Origin: a virus
Taxonomy: Duplodnaviria; Caudoviricetes
Direction: 5' to 3' (one strand)
Length of the DNA stretch: 24,686 nucleotides
IMG/VR virus record: IMGVR_UViG_3300017774_005870
Span: 1-24,686 of that record
Shown in pieces: positions 14,938 through 22,874 of this stretch (positions are counted from its first letter, which is position 1; each line of letters opens with the position of its first letter). The notes under the pieces were generated by a model. It ran no database searches. It was not told the origin of the DNA and worked only from the letters and a program-made list of their open reading frames with translations. Both the position numbers and the translations under genes were made by a program.

Positions 14938-15362
14938 TGGGGGGCTAGCTCAAAGTGGGGAGAATCATGCTCCCCTTTTTCGCGGGGGTTGCCGTCGCGG
15001 TCCCAGTCCATGCCGCTGCGGATCGGAATGCCCAACTCACGCGAGGCCGTCAGCATGGCGATGTAGACCAGATCGAACGGCTTCAGGTCTTTCCAGTCGT
15101 AGGGCGCCGGCAGAAGATCCACCGCGTGACCGAAGCCGTCAGCCTGGAGGAAGTGGTTGCTCTTGAGCGTCCAGGTGACGACCTGGCCGGGCTTCGTGCG
15201 GCCTTGGGCGTAGAGGGCCTTCTGGCGCTCCGGCGTCCGCACGCCCTCGATGACCTTGAAGTCAACGGGGCTGATCTGGATTGCCCTCTCAACGACACGG
15301 ATCAATCGGGGATGGACGCCCGCGAGGTTGGCGCGCGATGCCGGGCCTAGTGCATAGGTCAT
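14934..15362 (-). CDS. Endolysin, peptidase M15 family (L-Ala-D-Glu peptidase-like)
   Basis: S..NL.GVHP.L...EGVRT.ERQ..LYAQGRT...SNH...GHAVD...D.PHFEL; SD GGAGG before ATG 15362. Confidence 0.92.
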   Translation of the reverse strand: MTYALGPASRANLAGVHPRLIRVVERAIQISPVDFKVIEGVRTPERQKALYAQGRTKPGQVVTWTLKSNHFLQADGFGHAVDLLPAPYDWKDLKPFDLVYIAMLTASRELGIPIRSGMDWDRDGNPREKGEHDSPHFELAPQ

Positions 15363-15691
15363 GGCTTGACCTCCGTTGTGGTTGTGGTGGTGACGGTGGG
15401 CTCGGCCTCCGTCTCGATCTCGCCGCCGAAGCCACCGGGGCCTGACAGCTTCAGCTTCTCCAGCCGGTTGCGCTGGAACCACTGGCCCCCGAAGCCGACC
15501 AGAACGACAGCGATGATCGCCACGGCTCCGAGGTAGTTGATCCGCTGTTCCTGCGTCCCTTCAGCCCACGGGCGATAGGCGAGGATGTAGATCAGCCAGC
15601 CAGCGATGAGGGTGACGACAGGGGTGAACAGGAGGGCCAGCACGTCACGCGCGGCGGATGCCCATTCCTTCACAAGCTCGGAGCGCATCAC
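15359..15691 (-). CDS. Putative holin (2 TM)
   Basis: Two hydrophobic helices; directly upstream of and coupled to the endolysin; SD GAGGAGG. Confidence 0.7.
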   Translation of the reverse strand: MMRSELVKEWASAARDVLALLFTPVVTLIAGWLIYILAYRPWAEGTQEQRINYLGAVAIIAVVLVGFGGQWFQRNRLEKLKLSGPGGFGGEIETEAEPTVTTTTTTEVKP

Positions 15692-15849
15692 CCCTCCTCA
15701 TCGTCGTAGGTGTCGAGGGTGGCCGGTTCTGGTCTCAGGTCGTGTTCATCCGGGGGAAAGCCAGCGGCTTGGCGGTAGGCTCTGCGGTACTCGCGGCGCT
15801 GCTTGGCGTAGGCTGCGTACTTGCGCTTCCAGGGGATCGGAGGGGGCAT
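15688..15849 (-). CDS. Small hypothetical protein, 53 aa (basic N-terminus, acidic tail)
   Basis: ATG 15849 with GGTGA upstream; stop overlaps the holin start. Confidence 0.5.
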   Translation of the reverse strand: MPPPIPWKRKYAAYAKQRREYRRAYRQAAGFPPDEHDLRPEPATLDTYDDEEG

Positions 15850-15867
15850 ATCACCATCCAGTTTAGA

Positions 15868-15901
15868 TTCACACGAACCGTTCAATGTGTTATGGTTCGC
15901 C
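15868..15901 (+). promoter_or_regulatory. Promoter of the HNH gene overlapped by an inverted repeat
   Basis: TTCACA-17-TATGGT, ATG 5 nt later; CGAACC (15874) ... GGTTCG (15899). Confidence 0.55.
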
Positions 15902-16579
15902 ATGAGCAAGTTCATCGACCTGACCGGACAAACCTTTGGCGCTTGGACTGTTACGGGCGAACCGCGCCGTGACGGTCACCGCACCTTTTGGCGCTGCCAG
16001 TGTTCGTGCGGCGAAGTGGCAGAGGTCAGAGGCGACAGCCTGCGCGGTGGCCAGACGGTTCAATGCGCCCTTTGCCACCGCCGAACGGCTGCGAAGACCC
16101 ACGGCCTTGCCGGAACCCCGACGTGGCTATCGTGGCAGGCAATGCGGAACCGCTGCCTGTGCGAAGGCTCCGCTGACTATGCGCGCTACGGCGGGGCCGG
16201 GGTTACGATTACCCCGCGATGGGACGACTACTTGGTCTTCCTCAGCGACATGGGCGAGCGCCCCACCGGCAAGACCCTGGATCGGATCGACGTTACGCGT
16301 GGATACGAGCCTGACAATTGCCGTTGGGCTACGCCGAAACAGCAGGGCCGGAACCGTCACCGCACCGTGTGGTTGACTGCCAACGGCAAGCGCCAGTCAA
16401 TCACCGATTGGGCGGATGAACTCGGCTTCCTGCCAATCACGCTCTACAAGCGCCACGTCGCCGGATGGTCAGACGCTGACGTTGTGAACACCCCCAAGCT
16501 CACAGCGGCAGAGGGCGGCGTCAGGAGTGGTGCGGCACGGCGTCAGGCGGCCCGAATATCGGCCCCGTCGCCGGAGTAA
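15902..16579 (+). CDS. Free-standing HNH-type homing-endonuclease-like protein
   Basis: DLTGQTFG.WTV...WRCQCSCG...W..MR.RC...YGG.GV....RW..Y..FL.DMGERP.G.TLDRID...GYEP.NCRWAT..QQ.RN plus C-terminal HTH. Confidence 0.88.
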   Translation: MSKFIDLTGQTFGAWTVTGEPRRDGHRTFWRCQCSCGEVAEVRGDSLRGGQTVQCALCHRRTAAKTHGLAGTPTWLSWQAMRNRCLCEGSADYARYGGAGVTITPRWDDYLVFLSDMGERPTGKTLDRIDVTRGYEPDNCRWATPKQQGRNRHRTVWLTANGKRQSITDWADELGFLPITLYKRHVAGWSDADVVNTPKLTAAEGGVRSGAARRQAARISAPSPE

Positions 16580-17655
16580 AGAGACCGGATAGTCAACATA
16601 CTGATGAACGATAGGTCCGTGATCAGCCCGCTGTGGACCGTCATTTCACAGATGCCCCAATACCACCCGGTCAATCCATGGGCTGCGTACGATTCTACGG
16701 TGCCCCAAGGCATCGCACACCCCACCTCGACCATGCTGATCACGTCGATGGGGCCGATCTTCGGGCTGTCGTGAACCTGACGGCGGTGCGTGTGGCCCGA
16801 GACGACAGGGACCGTGCTTTCGTTCGCTGCGCGCTGAGGGCCCGTCTTGCCACCGTAGGCCCTGCCCGCCCCGTTCGTCGGGTGATGGGTGAAGGCCACG
16901 CCGTTAACATAGAACAGCTCGCCGTAGGGCCGCGTCTGCCAGCCGAATTGCGCGAAGGCCTGGTCACGCTGGACGGTGAAGGTCTGGTGGGCTTCGGGGT
17001 TGGCGTTCTCGAAACGCTCAAGGCGATATTCGTGGTTGCCTAGAAGCAGGTTCTGACGGGGCCGATAGTCGGCGGCCATGCCCTTGCGCCAGTGCTGGTG
17101 CGAGGCGACAAGGTTGTCCATGTCGGCGCTGATCGGCGGCTTGTATCGCGCCTTCTGGGTGTCGTTGCGGTCGTGCTGGTTGACGCTGTCCCATGAGGAC
17201 CAATCGCCCACCTGAATGATCCGCTCGAACCGCTTTTCGGAGGCGTGCCGGGCAATCCAGGTCATAATCGCCAGCCGGTCTTCGTGGCGCGGGTCTTGGT
17301 GCAGATCCCCGATGACGAGGATGCGCTCACCCTGCCCTTGCGGCGCCATGAGCGCGGGCTCTATCTCGACGGGATGGTGCAGCACTTGCCGAGGGACCGG
17401 CTGCTGGTAGCGCATGGCGCGATACAGAGACCAATCCGGCTCAAGCCCGTGGAGGCTCTTGGCGGGCTCCATGCGGGATATGAAGGTGTTGACCGAGCCA
17501 ACCCACCGTTCCGCTACAGCATCCCTTGCAGCGGCGCGGATGGCCCCTTCACCGGGCCCTGATAGTCCTTGAGGGCGATACCCCTCTCTTAGCTTGTCCT
17601 CTACCCGTTTAACCGTTTCTTCTGCGATAGCTTTGGAAAGCGGGGGGTTAGGCAT
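16543..17655 (-). CDS. Calcineurin-like metallophosphoesterase
   Basis: GDLH, GDW, GNHE, THH and GHTH motifs. Confidence 0.9.
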   Translation of the reverse strand: MPNPPLSKAIAEETVKRVEDKLREGYRPQGLSGPGEGAIRAAARDAVAERWVGSVNTFISRMEPAKSLHGLEPDWSLYRAMRYQQPVPRQVLHHPVEIEPALMAPQGQGERILVIGDLHQDPRHEDRLAIMTWIARHASEKRFERIIQVGDWSSWDSVNQHDRNDTQKARYKPPISADMDNLVASHQHWRKGMAADYRPRQNLLLGNHEYRLERFENANPEAHQTFTVQRDQAFAQFGWQTRPYGELFYVNGVAFTHHPTNGAGRAYGGKTGPQRAANESTVPVVSGHTHRRQVHDSPKIGPIDVISMVEVGCAMPWGTVESYAAHGLTGWYWGICEMTVHSGLITDLSFISMLTIRSLYSGDGADIRAA

Positions 17656-17913
17656 TTAGCCACCCGTTGCGCGGCGGCGGGGGGCGTTGAGGTCTTTGAT
17701 GGCGTCACCCAGCTTGCTGATCGTCTGGTTGAAATTCTTCATGTCGGCGCGAAGCTCGATCACTAAATCCCGAACGTCGCCGTGTTCCTTCGCTCTTTCC
17801 TTCAAGGCGCGGATGTCGGCGGTGATCGTGGCCCCCCACCAGATAGTCCCAAAAATCTGAACGAGGAAAATGAGCGCAAGGCCCCCCAGGCTAATCCATG
17901 CGGGGGCGGTCAT
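17656..17913 (-). CDS. Single-TM coiled-coil protein (holin/antiholin-like)
   Basis: WISLGGLALIFLVQIFGTIWWGA helix then heptads; stop abuts the next ATG. Confidence 0.75.
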   Translation of the reverse strand: MTAPAWISLGGLALIFLVQIFGTIWWGATITADIRALKERAKEHGDVRDLVIELRADMKNFNQTISKLGDAIKDLNAPRRRATGG

Positions 17914-17942
17914 GCGGGCCACGCCCCGGTGTACTTCTGCAT

Positions 17943-18040
17943 AGCGGTCACTCGCTTTTGTGGGTTAAGCTCGCCGGTCACGCGCGTGACCCGGCTGTCA
18001 CTAGTCGGGGCCGTGGGGGTGTTGACGCACCCTCACGGTT
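17943..18040. promoter_or_regulatory. Structured intergenic region (three hairpins) upstream of the lysis genes
   Basis: Stems at 18011-18038, 17973-17995 and 17943-17956. Confidence 0.55.
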
Positions 18041-18047
18041 GCAGAAT

Positions 18048-18995
18048 TTAAATCCAGACGCAGGGCAGCAAGGCAACGCTGCGGGGGCGGTTCTCGGTGC
18101 CGCTGGGGTTTCCGGTATCGAAGGCCGACAGACTGCCGGTGTTTGTCGGAACCACAGCGTCGGACGCAGCATCGAACCGGGCGCCTGGTCTGGAGAAGCC
18201 GGCAGTGTGCGTGTGGGGGCCAACCATCTCTCCCATCGGGTGACCGATGACGTTCGCGGCGTCCAGCGCCCGGCTGTCGTCGATGCCTCGCAGGAACTCG
18301 CCACGCAGATCGGGAAGGGTCAGGCGCTTGTTCGCGGCGAAGTCAGCGGCTGCGCTTGCACCCCTGGTTGATCCCGCCCCTGCGCTGGTGAGGATCGGGC
18401 TGTCAGCTGCCGCCCATGCCCACAACAGGCCGAACAACGCCGAATAGTCAGCACTGGCGTTCGTCGCCCCGGACGCGGCGGAACCGATAGTCGCGCCGTT
18501 GCACTTCAGGGCGCCCGTGGGCGCCGACGTGCCGAAGTAGTAGAAGAAGGTTCCCGTATATCCGCGCATGATAGCGTTGCGCTCCGGCGCCGTCAGGGCG
18601 GTAAGGTCCTCCTGCGAGGAGAAGCCTTGCGCGTCCTCAATCGCCCCCGGCTCCAGCGCCGAACCCGGAATGGTCGCCTCTGTGATGTCCCCGCCGTCGA
18701 TGGTGCCCGCCGATTGGGGGACGTTGATCTGTTCCGACTGCACCAAGGGCGTCGCCAGGTCGCCGTCGCTGGCGATGATGTCGAGCCGCAGGGTGTCTGT
18801 CCCGGTGAAGTAGACCGTTTCAGGGAAATTCCCCGAAGCGTCCGCGACGATGGGATAGGCGTGTTCTTCCGTCAGGTCGGGGTCGGTGTAGATGACCGCC
18901 GCCGTCGTGGTCCCGGCGATACGAAAGTACGCCTTGCCGCCTGCCAATTGCAAACCGGCGTCGTTGAGCCGCTTGGCGAGCTGATAGGTTTGCAT
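18048..18995 (-). CDS. Tail fibre / tail collar protein with P22-tailspike-like N-terminal attachment domain
   Basis: G..LAGGK.YF..AGTTT...IYTD......PIVADASG N-terminus; collar motifs APTGALKCNGATI, YSALF, LPDLRGEFLRG, HTH, ENRPRSVAL. Confidence 0.85.
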   Translation of the reverse strand: MQTYQLAKRLNDAGLQLAGGKAYFRIAGTTTAAVIYTDPDLTEEHAYPIVADASGNFPETVYFTGTDTLRLDIIASDGDLATPLVQSEQINVPQSAGTIDGGDITEATIPGSALEPGAIEDAQGFSSQEDLTALTAPERNAIMRGYTGTFFYYFGTSAPTGALKCNGATIGSAASGATNASADYSALFGLLWAWAAADSPILTSAGAGSTRGASAAADFAANKRLTLPDLRGEFLRGIDDSRALDAANVIGHPMGEMVGPHTHTAGFSRPGARFDAASDAVVPTNTGSLSAFDTGNPSGTENRPRSVALLPCVWI

Positions 18996-19022
18996 GTCTG
19001 GAGAGCCCTGTTATTTAGGGGA

Positions 19023-19211
19023 ATGCCGGATATTCGATGGAAGTGGGGCGAGGAGTACGTCGCCCGCCGCAGATGGGTGAACGCGGCGTTTCTGTTCGTC
19101 TACGCAGCCGTTATCGGATGGCTGTGGATGCGTTGGCTGGCTGGTTCTGGTTGGCGGCTGCTACGCCGGCTCCTGTCGCACGCGAAGCGCGAATGGCAGC
19201 GTCCGCTGTGA
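19023..19211 (+). CDS. Possible small antisense membrane protein (62 aa)
   Basis: AGGGGA before ATG 19023; TM helix WVNAAFLFVYAAVIGWLWM lies mostly in otherwise intergenic DNA; tail overlaps the opposite gene by 101 nt. Confidence 0.4.
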   Translation: MPDIRWKWGEEYVARRRWVNAAFLFVYAAVIGWLWMRWLAGSGWRLLRRLLSHAKREWQRPL

Positions 19212-21294
19212 ACGCCTGGAACTGTTGCGCGACCTTGGGGCCGTACTTCTGTTCGATGTAGACCAGAGCCGCATCGAGCCGGTTGGGGTCGATAGCGAGC
19301 ATGGTGAACTCTTCGGCCTCTTTGGGCTTGAAGCCCTTGGAGCGCCAGTAGTTCATCCCGGTCTCGACGATGGCGCTGCGCCATCCTCCGGTGATGACCT
19401 TCTTGCCAACGTCCAGCACCCCATCGACAGCCTCGTTGTCGGCGCTGCGAAGGGCCGTCTGAGAGCCGCCACGGGGGGCGATGTCGTTGGCGTTGCGAAC
19501 GGCCTGCCCCTCAAGGCGAAGGGCGTTGCGGAACTCGCCGCCACGCTCCGGGCCGATCAAGGCGTTGGTGCGGGCAGCCGGTTCAGCGCCGACCGCGTAG
19601 CGCCGGGCAAAGCCGGGAGCGGTCGCGGGGTTCTCGCCGCCCGCCGTAGCCTCCAGAGACCGCCGCGCGCCGGCACGGGCCACGTCCAGTTGCTCCGGCG
19701 ACATCTTGCCGACCGCCGCAACGAACTCGTCAGTGGCCCCCGGCTTGGTGAAGGTCTGACCGACCGTGGTCGCTTCGATAAGGCCGCTGTTGACCTCATA
19801 GCCCTTCAGGGCCTCGTCATATCCGGGAACCTGAGAGCGGGCATTGCCACGGATGGCGCTCGACAGGCCGGTGAACAGGCGCGTGTCGTTGGTCGCGGCG
19901 CCCATCGGTCCACGGGCGCGCTCTGCGGCGTCCTGAAGGGTCTTGCTGATCTGCTGCGCCATGCCGACCGTGATCCGGGTTTCGCCGGGAGCGTCCAGAG
20001 CATCGGCAGCCAAGCGGTTGAGCCGGGCGCCCACTTCCCTTTCAGCAGGGTCCAGGCTGTTCAGCGCAGCGTCGGCGGCGTTCTTGATCTCGGCACGACC
20101 ACGCGGGGAGCGCAACGCCATGACCGTATCGGGGTCAAGGCTGATCTCAGTGTCACGCACCGCGCCGAATTGCTGGTTGGCCTGCGCTGACCGGGTCGCG
20201 GCAATCTCCCCACGGATGGCATCGGGCGTGCGCGGGTCGCTTGAGATGTAGCGGCGAGCCTGCCCGCCGATGCGGTCGGGGAGGTTCACGGCGCGGCCTT
20301 CGGCGAACTCCGTCGTGGCCTGACGCGCCGGGGTCATCTTCGACGCCGTAGCGCGAACGACCGCCCGCCCGCTGTCGTCAACCACATCCACCAGAGCCGG
20401 ATCAATGCCAGCGGCGCGATACTCGGCCTGCTTGGCGCGCATGGCGGCGATGTCCTGACGTGCGACCTTCTGCGCCTTGTCGATGCCGGGGTTGCCGACG
20501 CGCGCCCCTTTAGGCGCACGGGTGAGGACCGCGCCAACGGTCGCGCCCAGACCACCGCTCAAAAGCGCGTTGACAGAGCACTGGTTGTTCCGCTCCTCCA
20601 GCGTGCCCCGATCCAGAAGGCCAGCCGCGCCAGCCTGAAGCGCCGCGTTGCCCGCCGTGTTAGCCACCACCTCGCCACGGGTCGCCATCTGAGAGGGAGC
20701 GCCACCGGGGACAAACAGGGTCGGAACCATGCCCGTGGTTTGACCGACCGCACCAGCCCAAGGCCGGCGGCTGTCGAAGTTGTCTTCGATGCCCCGCTGG
20801 ATAGCCAGTTGGTTGCCGAAATCGTTGGCGACGCCGCGCGCGAGGCTCAAGGGGTTGGCGCTACCGGCATCGGGCCTGATGTTCCCGGTGAGCACGTTGC
20901 CGACCGTCCCCAGACCGGCGGAAAGTTCGTCACCGATCAGAAGCCCGCGATTGATGTTGGCCGCGAAGCCGCCAATCTCGCCCAAGGCCCCCTTGGTGCT
21001 GCCAGCCTTGCGGATGATGGGGTTGCCACCTTGGCCGTTGACCTTCTTGCGGAGGTTGTTCTGCGGGTCGTAGTAGTAGCCGCCCACCGGGATCTTCGTC
21101 ACTTCGGCCTTGTAGCCTTCGGAGCCGATCTTGAGGGATTTGGACAGGCGAACGGCCTGTCCCCGGTCCCGCGAGGCCTTAGCGTCGGCGGCCATCTGTC
21201 GGCCACGGGGACGCCCACGGGCGGGCTGAAAGTCAGACCACGGGCCGTCTTGAGCCGCCGCTTTCGGTGCGTAGTCTTCCCACGGTCCTGCCAT
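19111..21294 (-). CDS. Large internal virion / DNA ejection protein (P22 gp16/gp20 position)
   Basis: 727 aa, Ala/Gly-rich helical; N-terminal GPW repeats; lies between a gp7-like gene and the tail fibre. Confidence 0.7.
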   Translation of the reverse strand: MAGPWEDYAPKAAAQDGPWSDFQPARGRPRGRQMAADAKASRDRGQAVRLSKSLKIGSEGYKAEVTKIPVGGYYYDPQNNLRKKVNGQGGNPIIRKAGSTKGALGEIGGFAANINRGLLIGDELSAGLGTVGNVLTGNIRPDAGSANPLSLARGVANDFGNQLAIQRGIEDNFDSRRPWAGAVGQTTGMVPTLFVPGGAPSQMATRGEVVANTAGNAALQAGAAGLLDRGTLEERNNQCSVNALLSGGLGATVGAVLTRAPKGARVGNPGIDKAQKVARQDIAAMRAKQAEYRAAGIDPALVDVVDDSGRAVVRATASKMTPARQATTEFAEGRAVNLPDRIGGQARRYISSDPRTPDAIRGEIAATRSAQANQQFGAVRDTEISLDPDTVMALRSPRGRAEIKNAADAALNSLDPAEREVGARLNRLAADALDAPGETRITVGMAQQISKTLQDAAERARGPMGAATNDTRLFTGLSSAIRGNARSQVPGYDEALKGYEVNSGLIEATTVGQTFTKPGATDEFVAAVGKMSPEQLDVARAGARRSLEATAGGENPATAPGFARRYAVGAEPAARTNALIGPERGGEFRNALRLEGQAVRNANDIAPRGGSQTALRSADNEAVDGVLDVGKKVITGGWRSAIVETGMNYWRSKGFKPKEAEEFTMLAIDPNRLDAALVYIEQKYGPKVAQQFQAFTADAAIRASRATGAGVAAANQNQPANASTAIR

Positions 21295-22100
21295 TATTGC
21301 TTGACCCAGCTAGAGGGGTTGGCAGGGTCGCCGCCCTTGTAGCGGTAACCCTTGCGGACTTCACCGACCTTCGGGCCAGCAGGCCTTGCAGGGGCCGCAG
21401 CGGGACGAGGGGCGCCCGCAGGGGCTGCGGCAGGCTGACGCCCCGCGCCGGTCCCGCGCCACGTCTTGGCCTCCGGGAAGGGCTTGGGCTCGCCAAGGAG
21501 ATCAGCCGCCGCGTTGACCAGCATCTTCCGATTGCGCGTCTTCGCCTGAAGGGTCTGGATGGTGTCACCCTTCTCGGGCAGATTGGCGCGGATGAAGCGT
21601 TGAGCCTCCGTGTCCGTCACCGCCGCACCCGAGAAGATCGGCATCAGGACGCTTTCAAACGACTTGGAAGCCTGAATGTAGTCTTGGAAGTCCTGCCCCC
21701 CGATGGAGCGGGCCGCCCAATCGTTCATTGAGCCGTTCTCGCCCTTGCCCATGAGCAGGGTGGCGCCCCAATCACGGTCGTAGGGGTTCTCGACCTTTTT
21801 GGTCCCGTAGCCTTCGACCTTCGCCATCTGGAACATGGCCGACACGGCGGGATCAAGGCCAAGGGTGAGGCGGGTTCGCGCATCGGCGCCGGCGAGGCCA
21901 GGCTGCTCACCTTTGTCCAGAATCGTCATGCCGCCTCTCGGGCCAGCACGTGCGATGGTGCCGTTGGGAAGCTTGACCGCCCCCTGCCCCCACTCAGGCG
22001 CGGCTTCCGGGCCAGAGGCGTCAACCCACTGAGCGCCGTCCCACTTGGCCTTCTGAGCCGGGTTCTTCGGGTTGGTCTGGATTTCACCGATTTCAGGCAT
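21294..22100 (-). CDS. Putative ejection protein
   Basis: SGAAVTDTE..RF....P..GD....Q.K..R motif; C-terminal PKVGEVRKGYRYKGGDPANPSSW; synteny. Confidence 0.65.
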   Translation of the reverse strand: MPEIGEIQTNPKNPAQKAKWDGAQWVDASGPEAAPEWGQGAVKLPNGTIARAGPRGGMTILDKGEQPGLAGADARTRLTLGLDPAVSAMFQMAKVEGYGTKKVENPYDRDWGATLLMGKGENGSMNDWAARSIGGQDFQDYIQASKSFESVLMPIFSGAAVTDTEAQRFIRANLPEKGDTIQTLQAKTRNRKMLVNAAADLLGEPKPFPEAKTWRGTGAGRQPAAAPAGAPRPAAAPARPAGPKVGEVRKGYRYKGGDPANPSSWVKQ

Positions 22101-22103
22101 GGA

Positions 22104-22874
22104 TCAATCCCACTGAGGAGTAGCGCCGGAACCGTAGGAGCGGCCACCCGCTGGAGGCGCAGCGCCGCCACCCCCACCACCACCCGAACGGGCACGCGGA
22201 GGCGCATAGGTCTTCGGCTTCGGGGTGGTCGCATCGCCCTTCTGGGGTCGTGAGCCGTCAGCCGGGAAGAACCAGAGGTTTCCGCCGACTTCCTTCCACT
22301 CGCCCGTGGGGCCTTTCCTTTCCGGGCCGATAGGCTGGAAGCTGGTCGGGTCGCGCCTGTCCACGGCGTAGGGCTGTTGGCCATTGCCGGGGTTGACGAT
22401 CTGCCATTCGGGCTTCTGAAGCTCGCCGCCGAGGGTCGTCACGAACGGCTGAAGCTCCTGATCGGTGAAGCCTGACGTGTCGAACTTGGCGAGCAATTCC
22501 GGGGGCACGCCTTGCTGTTCCAGAAGCGGGCGGACGCTCTGTTGATAGACCGCCGCGCGCTGATCTGGCGGCGCTTGCAGAAGGCTTTGAGCGCCGCCGA
22601 GCATGGTCTGAAGGCTTTGCACCTGAGAGGCCTTGGCCTGCTCCTGCATCGCCCGCTCTTGCTCGGCCTGCATCTGGCGGTTCTTCTGATCGTATTGCAG
22701 GATGCCTTGGCCCTGGTCGATCATGCCGCCGCGCATCAGAGCGTTCGCCCCGCCCTGATAGTCGCCCTGCGCCAGAGCGTTGCCCGCCTGCCGTTGGGTG
22801 CGCTGGTCGAACAGACCTTGAGCGATCATCTGGCCTTCACGGAAGGCGGCAAGAGGGTTGACCATTTCCATCAA
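22104..22874 (-). CDS. Putative ejection protein (Gln-rich)
   Basis: NPLAAF..GQ..AQ N-terminus, Gln/Ala-rich helices; follows the gp7-like gene. Confidence 0.65.
   Translation of the reverse strand: MMEMVNPLAAFREGQMIAQGLFDQRTQRQAGNALAQGDYQGGANALMRGGMIDQGQGILQYDQKNRQMQAEQERAMQEQAKASQVQSLQTMLGGAQSLLQAPPDQRAAVYQQSVRPLLEQQGVPPELLAKFDTSGFTDQELQPFVTTLGGELQKPEWQIVNPGNGQQPYAVDRRDPTSFQPIGPERKGPTGEWKEVGGNLWFFPADGSRPQKGDATTPKPKTYAPPRARSGGGGGGGAAPPAGGRSYGSGATPQWD

Noticed and set aside
12938-18032. GGTGCGTCAAC shared between the first attP arm site and the hairpin at 18011-18038 (reverse strand)
   Set aside because: One isolated 11-mer, 5 kb from the core; no basis for calling a distal integrase site
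19225-20190. 321-aa plus-strand ORF
   Set aside because: Antisense shadow of the 727-aa ejection gene, with no motifs
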